Part shown: positions 9,175 through 19,741 of the stretch, in pieces
Position numbering within the stretch: position 1 is the stretch's first letter
How the letters are laid out: every line of letters begins with the position of its first letter
Assembly: GCA_965237525.1 (NCBI GenBank)
Contig: CBDEFO010000007.1
Location: 32,001 to 96,000 of the forward strand
Origin: Candidatus Latescibacterota bacterium
GTDB taxonomy: Bacteria; Latescibacterota; CBDEFO01
Direction: 5' to 3'
DNA length: 64,000 bases
Position numbers and translations under genes: made by a program
Notes under the pieces: generated by a model
Told to the model about the DNA's origin: nothing
What the model saw: only the letters and a program-made list of their open reading frames with translations
Databases searched by the model: none

Positions 9175-11888
9175 TCAAATGAAATCGGTGCACTTCTCTT
9201 TCGATCTTTGATTGATCTTGAATGATAGGTTTTCGACAATCTTTGGTTTCTGTTCTTTTTCAAAATGGATGTATAATTGTTCTTCTTTTAGGTTCCATTC
9301 AGCCAGGACAAAGTAGTTGGTGTAAGAGGAGGGAAGAGATACTTTCTCATTTAGGACATCGATAAAGGCTTTATCTGTCTGTTCTGTGTCCTGTTTGACT
9401 TGTCTGATAAAATAGGTCTTAGGAATGAAATCTTTCTCGTTTGACTTCTCTTGCTTAGGTGGACGGTAGCCGGTGTATCTCTGTGATGAAAGATTAAACC
9501 ATTCTAACTTCTGATCAACTTCTTGTAAGCTTTTGAACTGAATTCTGTTCCAGAACTTCCTTGAAAATACAGAATTGTTGCCTTCTATAGATGCTTGAGA
9601 AAAGGGCCTTCTGGGAACGGCAAATATCGGAATCACTTGATTTTTCAAGAGAAACTGCATTGCTTTGCTGACATTCCTTTTACCTGAAACACTGCCAATA
9701 GTCGCCGAGCAATTGTCCACCTTAACGAAATCTGGTTTTTCAAACCTGTCAAAGAAAGACTGACACTTCTCGATAAAGTTAGTTGCTGTTTGACCGTCAA
9801 CCCGCCGAAAATACCTTAACTTAGGCTCTTTCTTAAAGGAAAATCCAACGAAGTTGACCGGCTCAGTTCTGCCGGTAAGATACTTTTTACCAATAAAGTC
9901 TGATTCTAGGACTCTGCCTCCTAAAAGATAGTAAATGGTATACTCTGGATAACAAAGATAACGAGATGCACCCTTGTTTTTACCTTTCTTCCTTCTCTGG
10001 GAAAGTCCTAAATCTGAAAGCATTCTGCCGATAGTCGGCAACGACGGAGGAGGGGTGCTAGAATATCGATTCCTCCATTCTTGTTCAATAACAGTGGCTC
10101 CTGAATAGAACTGATAAGGATCGTCCTCTAAAAGCCTTGTGAAATAGTTATGTCCCAGGCAGCGTCTGAAGCGCCGATTATGGGTCAAAGAGAAGCATAT
10201 CGTATCGTTTTGCTGTGGAATAAGCAAAATAGTCTTATCAGAGTTCTGGTCAGCAAGGAACAGGAGCTGTTTGAAGAACAGGATGCACTGTCTTTGACAG
10301 GCAGGGCACACATAGACGCTTTCCCCCTTCTTATGAAAGATACAAGCCTCTTGAGATTCTGTACTGTTGCAACAAGATTCAACTGTTCATTCAGTGAGGC
10401 TGGTCCTCTATAACGGGCTCGTCCCATACCGTGTTGTTGCCTGGCTTCAGCAAAGATATGTTCACTGCGTTTACGGAGTCTCCGGGAGAGTTTGTAGTCA
10501 GCTGTTAATGAGATAGACCGTGCATGATTTCTGGCTTTCGCCTCTCGCACTTTTCTATCCCGTTCGGCCTGAATATGTGCTGGATTTGTCTTGTTTTTCC
10601 ATGTAGGAATCGGTTCAATCTTCTCATCGGCTCGCAGAGGAATATGGGGTATGATTCCCCGGTCAAGTACATCAGCGATAAAATTACCAGAACCGTAACC
10701 GGTATCGGCACTAAGTGTCTGAATGTCTTTGGGCATGGTCTATGTTTCAAGGTCATCTACCATCTTAAGGGCACTTTCGGGCTCTGCTGTCCCTGTCGCC
10801 TGCGTGCCCTGAGTCTCAAGGATTACTCTGCTTTTTGTGTCGATCAGATCATGGCCCATAAACGAGAGAAAAGCCCCTTTGCCCTTCGATTTGCTGTATA
10901 AGCGCGCGTCGGGGTCTGTAGTCGAACGGTGTGTTTGGTTCGTCCACTTTTCACCATGAAAGTCTTTATCCTGAGGATGCCCGGACCTACCCTTTGTCTT
11001 ATCACCTTCAAAACCGATTCCCTTGAGATAATCATCAAGAGAAACAGGGGGTTCTATCGGCTCAATACTTTTCACTGAAGCATCAGCTTGTATCTGAGTG
11101 CCGTCGACACTAAGGTGTTTACCGCTCACAAGACCGACATCTATGCAACACTGGACTACCTGACGCATTATCCGTTCAAACAACCCACTGGATGCCCACT
11201 TGTGATTGCGAAGCTTGTTGATCGTGCTCCTATCCGGAACCGCATCATCAAATGTCTGATGACAAAACAACCGATATGCCGCATGCATCCCCACTTCCTG
11301 ACAGAGCCGATTCTCACTCAAATTATACAGATAGCCAATAAGGATCATTCGAACAACTAATTCAGGATCAATACCGGGTCTGCCATTGTCAGGGCAATAA
11401 CAATCTGATACAACGTCTCGTACAAATGAAAAATCAACTGCCTCATCAATCTGACGAAGGATATGATCCTCGGGAACTAAATCCTCCATCTGAAAATAGT
11501 GAAACATCGGATTTGTCTGTTCCTGCTTTTGTGGGGTCATTGTTTCCTCCATGTATAATATTATCAATAACATAATATAATACATCGGAGCTGCTTTATC
11601 AATGCTTGTTTTATACTATTTTCTGAATCTAAGGGTTTTTCACAAGGCTTCTAAGCTATGGTAAATCTCTTTGATTCTCTGTTCGTCAACTTTAGCCAAT
11701 TTTCGCCTTTTTCCTTTTGGCCAACCCCGATTATCTATGGCAAAATCCTGATCCGGAGATTTAGTCCAAGCCGTAACGAAATCATTGGAAACTCTCGCTT
11801 GTTTGATAACTTCTCGCTTTGACATTTCTTTCTTAAAATACATCTCGTTGACTTCTTGTCTTAATACGGCCAATCTCTCTTTGTCCAT
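9175..11888 (-). pseudogene. IS-B transposase (HTH plus DDE integrase core), split by IS copy 2
   Basis: MDKERLAV...YHSL joins EDDPYQ... as in the 33494 copy; ESDFIG, VDNCS, PFSQASIEG. Confidence 0.88.
10132..11650 (-). mobile_element. IS1182/IS5-like copy 2; transposase 10185-11540 has an internal TAG
   Basis: Same IRs; CTAA at 10128-10131 and 11651-11654; TAC>TAG at 10740-10742. Confidence 0.95.
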
Positions 11889-11946
11889 AGGACTCCGTAG
11901 ATTAAAGTTAAGACAATCAACTCAACTTAATCTACTAATACTCTAA

Positions 11947-13465
11947 AAGCCTTGTGAAAAACCCTTAGATTCAGAAAATAGTATAAAACAAGCATTGATA
12001 AAGCAGCTCCGATGTATTATATTATGTTATTGATAATATTATACATGGAGGAAACAATGACCCCACAAAAGCAGGAACAGACAAATCCGATGTTTCACTA
12101 TTTTCAGATGGAGGATTTAGTTCCCGAGGATCATATCCTTCGTCAGATTGATGAGGCAGTTGATTTTTCATTTGTACGAGACGTTGTATCAGATTGTTAT
12201 TGCCCTGACAATGGCAGACCCGGTATTGATCCTGAATTAGTTGTTCGAATGATCCTTATTGGCTATCTGTATAATTTGAGTGAGAATCGGCTCTGTCAGG
12301 AAGTGGGGATGCATGCGGCATATCGGTTGTTTTGTCATCAGACATTTGATGATGCGGTTCCGGATAGGAGCACGATCAACAAGCTTCGCAATCACAAGTG
12401 GGCATCCAGTGGGTTGTTTGAACGGATAATGCGTCAGGTAGTCCAGTGTTGCATAGATGTCGGTCTTGTGAGCGGTAAACACCTTAGTGTCGACGGCACT
12501 CAGATACAAGCTGATGCTTCAGTGAAAAGTATTGAGCCGATAGAACCCCCTGTTTCTCTTGATGATTATCTCAAGGGAATCGGTTTTGAAGGTGATAAGA
12601 CAAAGGGTAGGTCCGGGCATCCTCAGGATAAAGACTTTCATGGTGAAAAGTGGACGAACCAAACACACCGTTCGACTACAGACCCCGACGCGCGCTTATA
12701 CAGCAAATCGAAGGGCAAAGGGGCTTTTCTCTCGTTTATGGGCCATGATCTGATCGACACAAAAAGCAGAGTAATCCTTGAGACTCAGGGCACGCAGGCG
12801 ACAGGGACAGCAGAGCCCGAAAGTGCCCTTAAGATGGTAGATGACCTTGAAACATACACCATGCCCAAAGACATTCAGACACTTAGTGCCGATACCGGTT
12901 ACGGTTCTGGTAATTTTATCGCTGATGTACTTGACCGGGGAATCATACCCCATATTCCTCTGCGAGCCGATGAGAAGATTGAACCGATTCCTACATGGAA
13001 AAACAAGACAAATCCAGCACATATTCAGGCCGAACGGGATAGAAAAGTGCGAGAGGCGAAAGCCAGAAATCATGCACGGTCTATCTCATTAACAGCTGAC
13101 TACAAACTCTCCCGGAGACTCCGTAAACGCAGTGAACATATCTTTGCTGAAGCCAGGCAACAACACGGTATGGGACGAGCCCGTTATAGAGGACCAGCCT
13201 CACTGAATGAACAGTTGAATCTTGTTGCAACAGTACAGAATCTCAAGAGGCTTGTATCTTTCATAAGAAGGGGGAAAGCGTCTATGTGTGCCCTGTCTGT
13301 CAAAGACAGTGCATCCTGTTCTTCAAACAGCTCCTGTTCCTTGCTGACCAGAACTCTGATAAGACTATTTTGCTTATTCCACAGCAAAACGATACGATAT
13401 GCTTCTCTTTGACCCATAATCGGCGCTTCAGACGCTGCCTGGGACATAACTATTTCACAAGGTTT
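11947..13465 (+). mobile_element. IS1182/IS5-like copy 3, inserted in the left end of IS-B
   Basis: CTAA at 11943-11946 and 13466-13469; right IR has one substitution (TTTCACAAGGTTT); flanks rejoin to match 33392-33450. Confidence 0.95.
12057..13412 (+). CDS. DDE transposase (IS1182/IS5-like), intact
   Basis: Near-identical to the copy 1 transposase. Confidence 0.9.
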   Translation: MTPQKQEQTNPMFHYFQMEDLVPEDHILRQIDEAVDFSFVRDVVSDCYCPDNGRPGIDPELVVRMILIGYLYNLSENRLCQEVGMHAAYRLFCHQTFDDAVPDRSTINKLRNHKWASSGLFERIMRQVVQCCIDVGLVSGKHLSVDGTQIQADASVKSIEPIEPPVSLDDYLKGIGFEGDKTKGRSGHPQDKDFHGEKWTNQTHRSTTDPDARLYSKSKGKGAFLSFMGHDLIDTKSRVILETQGTQATGTAEPESALKMVDDLETYTMPKDIQTLSADTGYGSGNFIADVLDRGIIPHIPLRADEKIEPIPTWKNKTNPAHIQAERDRKVREAKARNHARSISLTADYKLSRRLRKRSEHIFAEARQQHGMGRARYRGPASLNEQLNLVATVQNLKRLVSFIRRGKASMCALSVKDSASCSSNSSCSLLTRTLIRLFCLFHSKTIRYASL

Positions 13466-13527
13466 CTAAACAAAGATCAAATTAGGTGCACCGATTTCAT
13501 TTGATATTCAACCAGTAAACAGTAGAT

Positions 13528-13663
13528 AGGGCACCTCACTTAGAAGGAATTGTCAGACAGGAATGTCTGACCCACCTTTTTATATATGTTGGTAGAACAG
13601 ACATTCTTGTCTGTTCTTATCTGTTCTATTTGGATCTCTATAATCCTATTTTACACCGATACT
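13528..13663. repeat. REP doublet (REPIN-like) unit
   Basis: GTCAGACAGGAATGTCTGACCCACC...GGTAGAACAGACATTCTTGTCTGTTC; repeated at 19577-19720 and inverted at 26965-27030. Confidence 0.8.
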
Positions 13664-13812
13664 TCACACTCACTCCAAGAACTAAACATAACTCTACAGA
13701 TCGCAAAATCCAAATAGAAAATTGCATTCCTCAATTTTCAGTTGACTTTGCTTCGAGCGTTTCTTAAATTCTTCGAGAACCGAGAAGAGAGAGGACTTAC
13801 GTTCTTTTCTAA

Positions 13813-15331
13813 AAGCCTTGTGAAATAGTTATGTCCCAGGCAGCGTCTGAAGCGGCGATTATGGGTCAAAGAGTAGCATATCGTATCGTTTTGCTGTGGA
13901 ATAAGCAAAATAGTCTTATCAGAGTTCTGGTCAGCAAGGAATAGGAGCTGTTTGAAGAACAGGATGCACTGTCTTTGACAGACAGGGCACACATAGACGC
14001 TTTCCCCCTTCTTATGAAAGATACAAGCCTCTTGAGATTCTGTACTGTTGCAACAAGATTCAACTGTTCATTCAGTGAGGCTGGTCCTCTATAACGGGCT
14101 CGTCCCATACCGTGTTGTTGCCTGGCTTCAGCAAAGATATGTTCACTGCGTTTACGGAGTCTCCGGGAGAGTTTGTAGTCAGCTGTTAATGAGATAGACC
14201 GTGCATGATTTCTGGCTTTCGCCTCTCGCACTTTTCTATCCCGTTCGGCCTGAATATGTGCTGAATTTGTCTTGTTTTTCCATGTAGGAATCGGTTCAAT
14301 CTTCTCATCGGCTCGCAGAGGAATATGGGGTATGATTCCCCGGTCAAGTACATCAGCGATAAAATTACCAGAACCGTAACCGGTATCGGCACTAAGTGTC
14401 TGAATGTCTTTGGGCATGGTGTATGTTTCAAGGTCATCTACCATCTTAAGGGCACTTTCGGGCTCTGCTGTCCCTGTCGCCTGCGTGCCCTGAGTCTCAA
14501 GGATTACTCTGCTTTTTGTGTCGATCAGATCATGGCCCATAAACGAGAGAAAAGCCCCTTTGCCCTTCGATTTGCTGTATAAGCGCGCGTCGGGGTCTGT
14601 AGTCGAACGGTGTGTTTGGTTCGTCCACTTTTCACCATGAAAGTCTTTATCCTGAGGATGCCCGGACCTACCCTTTGTCTTATCACCTTCAAAACCGATT
14701 CCCTTGAGATAATCATCAAGAGAAACAGGGGGTTCTATCGGCTCAATACTTTTCACTGAAGCATCAGCTTGTATCTGAGTGCCGTCGACACTAAGGTGTT
14801 TACCGCTCACAAGACCGACATCTATGCAACACTGGACTACCTGACGCATTATCCGTTCAAACAACCCACTGGATGCCCACTTGTGATTGCGAAGCTTGTT
14901 GATCGTGCTCCTATCCGGAACCGCATCCTCAAATGTCTGATGACAAAACAACCGATATGCCGCATGCATCCCCACTTCCTGACAGAGCCGATTCTCACTC
15001 AAATTATACAGATAGCCAATAAGGATCATTCGAACAACTAATTCAGGATCAATACCGGGTCTGCCATTGTCAGGGCAATAACAATCTGATACAACGTCTC
15101 GTACAAATGAAAAATCAACTGCCTCATCAATCTGACGAAGGATATGATCCTCGGGAACTAAATCCTCCATCTGAAAATAGTGAAACACCGGATTTGTCTG
15201 TTCCTGCTTTTGTGGGGTCATTGTTTCCTCCATGTATAATATTATCAATAACATAATATAATACATCGGAGCTGCTTTATCAATGCTTGTTCTATACTAC
15301 TTTCTGAATCTAAGGGTTTTTCACAAGGCTT
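13813..15331 (-). mobile_element. IS1182/IS5-like copy 4
   Basis: IRs intact; CTAA at 13809-13812 and 15332-15335. Confidence 0.95.
13866..15221 (-). CDS. DDE transposase (IS1182/IS5-like), intact
   Basis: Near-identical to copies 1 and 3. Confidence 0.9.
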   Translation of the reverse strand: MTPQKQEQTNPVFHYFQMEDLVPEDHILRQIDEAVDFSFVRDVVSDCYCPDNGRPGIDPELVVRMILIGYLYNLSENRLCQEVGMHAAYRLFCHQTFEDAVPDRSTINKLRNHKWASSGLFERIMRQVVQCCIDVGLVSGKHLSVDGTQIQADASVKSIEPIEPPVSLDDYLKGIGFEGDKTKGRSGHPQDKDFHGEKWTNQTHRSTTDPDARLYSKSKGKGAFLSFMGHDLIDTKSRVILETQGTQATGTAEPESALKMVDDLETYTMPKDIQTLSADTGYGSGNFIADVLDRGIIPHIPLRADEKIEPIPTWKNKTNSAHIQAERDRKVREAKARNHARSISLTADYKLSRRLRKRSEHIFAEARQQHGMGRARYRGPASLNEQLNLVATVQNLKRLVSFIRRGKASMCALSVKDSASCSSNSSYSLLTRTLIRLFCLFHSKTIRYATL

Positions 15332-15373
15332 CTAATGCTATCAATCTTTGAGGAAAGAGAGGAGGACATAGAA

Positions 15374-16171
15374 ATGCCTGCAGAAAAAAAGAGGATAGGC
15401 ATAATTGGATATGGACAGATCGGCTCCTACGTTTACGAACAGATCACCCAAAGACCGCAAATGGGGCTTGAGATAGCATTTGTCTATAATCGATCTCCCG
15501 AACGAGTCAAAAATCTTCCTGATGAGGTCATCTTGGATGAGCTGGAAGATTTTGAAAAGACGAATCCCGATCTGGTTGTGGAGTTGGCGCATTCTGACAT
15601 CACCAGAGAGTACGGTCAGATGATATTAGAAAGCACAGATTACTTAATACTCTCGGTAACAGTTATGGCTGACAGAGAACTTGAGGAGCACCTCTTTGAA
15701 GTGTGCCAGAAAAATGGCACTTGCCTTTACATACCACACGGAGGAGTAATCGGATTAGATACGATAAATGAAGGGCGAGAGGTGTGGGATGAAGTCAGGG
15801 GACTGATGAGGAAGAATCCCGAGAATCTGGACTTCAGTAGAACTGATCTTGACCCCGATAGCATTACATCAGCGACAGTCTTGTACGAGGGTCCCGTGAG
15901 GGATATATGTCCCAGGTTTCCCAGAAATGTTAACACTCTAGCTGCGCTTGCGCTGGGAGGGATAGGATTCGATCGGACGCACGCAACTTTGATAGCAGAT
16001 CCCTCTCTGGACGTGGCCATCGTCGAGGTGTACGCTTACAGTGATGAGGTCAACTGCGAGATAAAGCGGATAGAGCCGATCAAGGGTGTCACCGGAACGT
16101 TCATATTGACTTCTACTTTGGAGACGATAAAAAGGGTCGAGGTGGCAAAAAGCGGTATTCAGATCTGTTAG
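15374..16171 (+). CDS. Aspartate dehydrogenase (NadX)-like protein
   Basis: GIIGYGQIG, VVELA, IPHGGVIGLD, FPRNVNT; GAGGAGG RBS. Confidence 0.8.
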   Translation: MPAEKKRIGIIGYGQIGSYVYEQITQRPQMGLEIAFVYNRSPERVKNLPDEVILDELEDFEKTNPDLVVELAHSDITREYGQMILESTDYLILSVTVMADRELEEHLFEVCQKNGTCLYIPHGGVIGLDTINEGREVWDEVRGLMRKNPENLDFSRTDLDPDSITSATVLYEGPVRDICPRFPRNVNTLAALALGGIGFDRTHATLIADPSLDVAIVEVYAYSDEVNCEIKRIEPIKGVTGTFILTSTLETIKRVEVAKSGIQIC

Positions 16172-17721
16172 AGGATCGGTCCGAGTATCCACGGGTTGAA
16201 TTCCTCTTCACCGACTCCGTTTAGTTCGCTCTTGGTCCTCTTGCCTGATGCGACTTCTATTATCTCGTTGAGTATTATATGTCCTGCGTCTTGAACCTCC
16301 ACTCCTTCGAGTACAACTCCGGCGTTTATGTCCATATCGTCTATCATGTGATTATAGAGTCTTGAGTTGGTAGCTATCTTAATGGACGGTGAGGGCTTAA
16401 ACCCAAAGACAGAGCCTCTTCCCGTCGTAAAGGTCACTATGTTAGCGCCTCCTGCTACCATCCCTGTTACAGAGACAGGATCGTAGCCGGGGGTATCCAT
16501 TACGACGAATCCTTTCTGTGTGACCTGCTCGGCGTAGAGGTAGACTTCGTTCAGAGGAGTGGTGCCGCCCTTTGCTATGGCTCCGAGAGATTTTTCGTAG
16601 ATGGTGGTGATCCCACCTTCTTTATTTCCCGGTGCGGGGTTGTTGTTGATCTCCGCTCCGAGGACGGACGTGTAATGCTCCCACCATTTGATCCTTTCGA
16701 CGAGCTTCCTGCCGACCTTTTCGTTTTTTGCCCTCTTGATCAGCAGGTGTTCTGCACCGTATATCTCCGGCGTTTCCGCAAGAATGACTGTGCCTCTGTA
16801 TCTTACCAGTTCGTCCGCTGCAGCGCCTAAGGCTGGATTTGCGGTGATGCCGGAGTAGGCGTCGCTCCCACCGCACTCTGTGGCGAGCACGAGTTTGGAT
16901 ATAGGCTGCTCTGTTCTTCTTGCGCGGTCGGCTTCGGGAAGGAGTTCAAGTATGGCTTTACTTGCGTTTTCGATAGTCTTTCTAATTCCTCCGCTCTCCT
17001 GAATTGTGATGATTTTGGGGTATCGCTTTTGGGGAGACTCTATCTGTAAGAGTCCCTGGGATTCTACGAGGTCTTTTGCCTGGTTCGATTCGCAGCCGAG
17101 CCCGACTATTATATAGCCTGCGACGTTAGGATGTCTGGCAAATCCGGCAAGTGTCCTTTGAAGCTGTCGATGATCCTCGCCGCCGATTTTCAATGCACAG
17201 CCGTTTTTGTGCGTGATGGGTATCACGCCGTCCACGTTCGGATAATCTTTCAGTATTTCGTCCGTAAAGCGGTCACAGATGTAGCGGGACGTAGAGCTTG
17301 AACAGTTGACTGTAGAGGTGACCGCAAGGTAGTTTCTGGTTCCGACCTTTCCGTCCTCCCTTTTGTAGCCCATGAAGGTCCTCATATCCTCTTGTGGATA
17401 GAAGTCATCCGGAGCGATCTCTGTGGCGTATTCGTAGGATTGGTCAAGCTCCTGGACTTCCAGGTTGTGAGTGTGAACGTGTTCGCCTCTATAGATGTTC
17501 TCTGTCGCAAATCCTATTATCTGTCCGTACTTCCTGACCGGGATGCCTTTGGAGATATCGCAAAGGGCTATCTTGTGTCCGGGCAAAATGTTGACTTTGG
17601 GGACGATATTTTTTCCGTCGTATTTGAGCGTCACTTCAGGGGTGATGACTTCTTTTGCGACAGCTACGTCGTCTCCCTCTTTAAGGATAATGGCTTTTTC
17701 TATAAGATCGTAGGATGGCAT
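16168..17721 (-). CDS. UxaA/GarD-family altronate or galactarate dehydratase
   Basis: SAF domain (GHKIA, KYGQIIG, HVHTHN), GTRNY, ECGGSD, NNPAPGNKEGG. Confidence 0.9.
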   Translation of the reverse strand: MPSYDLIEKAIILKEGDDVAVAKEVITPEVTLKYDGKNIVPKVNILPGHKIALCDISKGIPVRKYGQIIGFATENIYRGEHVHTHNLEVQELDQSYEYATEIAPDDFYPQEDMRTFMGYKREDGKVGTRNYLAVTSTVNCSSSTSRYICDRFTDEILKDYPNVDGVIPITHKNGCALKIGGEDHRQLQRTLAGFARHPNVAGYIIVGLGCESNQAKDLVESQGLLQIESPQKRYPKIITIQESGGIRKTIENASKAILELLPEADRARRTEQPISKLVLATECGGSDAYSGITANPALGAAADELVRYRGTVILAETPEIYGAEHLLIKRAKNEKVGRKLVERIKWWEHYTSVLGAEINNNPAPGNKEGGITTIYEKSLGAIAKGGTTPLNEVYLYAEQVTQKGFVVMDTPGYDPVSVTGMVAGGANIVTFTTGRGSVFGFKPSPSIKIATNSRLYNHMIDDMDINAGVVLEGVEVQDAGHIILNEIIEVASGKRTKSELNGVGEEEFNPWILGPIL

Positions 17722-17746
17722 TCTTTTTTCTCCTTATGTAAATCTA

Positions 17747-17775
17747 TTGACAAAGGTTTAATAAATCTTTATACT
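17747..17775 (+). promoter_or_regulatory. Sigma70 promoter of the MNT-HEPN operon
   Basis: TTGACA-17 bp-TATACT. Confidence 0.75.
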
Positions 17776-17828
17776 TCCCCACTATGGGAGGTTGTAGCTT
17801 TTACTACAGACAGCTTGGGAAAAGACAT

Positions 17829-18212
17829 ATGATGAAAGCCCGAAAAACTGAGAAAGTCAACGAAGAGTTGATCCGAAGGGTAACTGAGCGTATCGTCAAG
17901 GAATATGACCCTGATAAGATCATTTTATACGGGTCGTTAGCCTGGGGAAAATCTAACAAAGATTGTGACCTTGATCTTTTCATTATCAAGGATTCTCCTT
18001 TGAGACGAGATCTAAGGTCTACGGAGATATCTAAGCTCTTCTTTCCCCGCCGATTCGGATTGGATGTGCTTGTCTATACTCCAGAGGAGATAGAAAGACG
18101 TTTAAAGTTAGGCGATTTTTTTGTCAAGAGGATTATAGAACACGGAGTAGTCCTGTATGACCGAAAAACATCTGATACTGGTTGGGGAATGGATCTACAA
18201 GGGCAACAATGA
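17829..18212 (+). CDS. Minimal nucleotidyltransferase (MNT) antitoxin
   Basis: IILYGSLAWG...DCDLDL, DVLVYTPEE; start codon uncertain. Confidence 0.85.
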   Translation: MMKARKTEKVNEELIRRVTERIVKEYDPDKIILYGSLAWGKSNKDCDLDLFIIKDSPLRRDLRSTEISKLFFPRRFGLDVLVYTPEEIERRLKLGDFFVKRIIEHGVVLYDRKTSDTGWGMDLQGQQ

Positions 18213-18555
18213 CCTGCGAAACGCTCAAATAGTCATACAAGATGACGATCCTCCTACCGATACTGTCTGTTTTCATTGTCAGCAGGCGGTGGAAAAGTAC
18301 CTGAAAGCTTTTCTCATCTCTAACGCCCAGGAACCTCCCAGGCACCACGATCTGATCGAACTTTTGTCTTTGTGCATCGATATTGATAAAGACTTCCACA
18401 AAATACGGGACGAAGCTGAACTCCTCACAAAATATGGACTTATACCGCGTTATCCGTCTGACCCTCCTATCTATTATGCCAAATATGAAGCTGAAGAAGC
18501 AATAGAAAAGGCTAAGATCGCTGTGGATTTTGTAACCTCCAAGATTAAAAGGTAA
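18157..18555 (+). CDS. HEPN-domain toxin
   Basis: CFHCQQAVEKYLKAFL, HDL, RYP; overlaps the MNT gene. Confidence 0.88.
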   Translation: MTEKHLILVGEWIYKGNNDLRNAQIVIQDDDPPTDTVCFHCQQAVEKYLKAFLISNAQEPPRHHDLIELLSLCIDIDKDFHKIRDEAELLTKYGLIPRYPSDPPIYYAKYEAEEAIEKAKIAVDFVTSKIKR

Positions 18556-18629
18556 CTATTTGTATCCGAGCACCACGAGGACGGTTTTCTTTTTGTTCTC
18601 CTTATGTAAATCTATTGACAAAGGTCTAA

Positions 18630-19514
18630 TTACCAACGGATATTCTTAATGGCGTCGCGGGCCTGATTTATATAAAGCCACCATTTATCGAGCCAAGGTG
18701 TATGTATCCCCTTGGCATGAGCGGATTCAACCAAGATTGCGCGGATACTCCTTAATTCATGGCTGATTGGATTATCGGATTCTGGCCCTTTGAAACGAAG
18801 ATTGTCGGCTGCGAGGAGATCCAGCATCGTTTCAATTCTAGGAGCTAATAGACTTCCTGTCGGCGTCTGTACAGCCGCATAATGCAGCTACTTCGCATTG
18901 GGATACGGCTTCCCATCGAGGATCATAGCCGCTTTAAGGGCATGGGTTAGGACTTCTGTAAGGGACACAAGGACTGCAACAGCATCCCTGCGCTCCATAG
19001 GATTATCACCGGCTCGATGATAACCACGCATTTCGACATAGTGATAAAAGAAGAATGCAAAGCGAGCCTCATCGCGCATTGGCTTACGAGCACGGGCGAT
19101 CAACTCTTTAACATCGTCTGTGTTATCTATGATGATCTTTGCCTGTTGGAGTTCATAGATCAGCGGCATAACGCCCCTTTTTAGACGATCTGAAAAATCG
19201 TCTACAGACTCAGCATTCAGATGCCCGGGTTTTCCCTCAAGCTCAAAATCGAAAAACCGCGTCTCAGAGATAGAATCGAGTTCAGCAAGGTCTGTATCCG
19301 CTTGGAGAAACAACAGATCGAGGTCCGAAAACGGATCATCGATTCCCCATGTGGTTGAGCTATGAAGAACTACAGCCGCTCTACTATAAAATCTTCCAAG
19401 GACAGAGTGTTCATTAAGGAATTCCGGTAGAAACTTATATAATCTGTCTGTCCAATAACTCTCGGTATCTTTTTCCCGGGTTAGCTCTGTCATTAAGATA
19501 CTCATCTTCTTCAT
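18630..19514 (-). pseudogene. Nucleotidyltransferase-like (DUF4037-like) protein with an in-frame TAG
   Basis: HSSTTWGIDDPFSDLDL; PYPNAK-TAG-LHY continues in frame into ORF 18630-18827. Confidence 0.6.
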
Positions 19515-19576
19515 TAGAGGATTCGCTATATTCCTTGATCCCAATCGTAAATTACTTTGATGTTGATTTGGAAAAC

Positions 19577-19720
19577 AGGGACACCTCACTTAGAGTGAAT
19601 TGCCAGACAGGAATGTCTGACCCACCTTTTTTTATATGTCGGTAGAACAGACATTCTTGTCTGTTCCTATCTGTCCTAATTTAGTCTATAATCACCTCTA
19701 GGCTATTTTGACCCGATACT
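19577..19720. repeat. REP doublet unit, second copy
   Basis: Aligns with 13528-13663 including the flanks. Confidence 0.8.
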
Positions 19721-19741
19721 CAAGATCATTTTGGAAAGTGA

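Larger units (their letters stand above)
9166..13513 (-). mobile_element. IS481-like integrase-core IS (IS-B), copy 1, interrupted by two IS1182-like copies
   Basis: 28-bp IRs GGTTnnnTATCAAATGAAATCGGTGCAC; 1302 bp after removing the nested elements; colinear with 33392-34695. Confidence 0.9.
17728..18625. repeat. 30-bp exact direct repeat (17728-17757 and 18596-18625) flanking the TA pair
   Basis: TTCTCCTTATGTAAATCTATTGACAAAGGT twice. Confidence 0.9.

Noticed and set aside
15320..15345. Hybrid promoter from the IS TTCACA and the nadX-like -10 box
   Set aside because: Spacer is only about 13 bp
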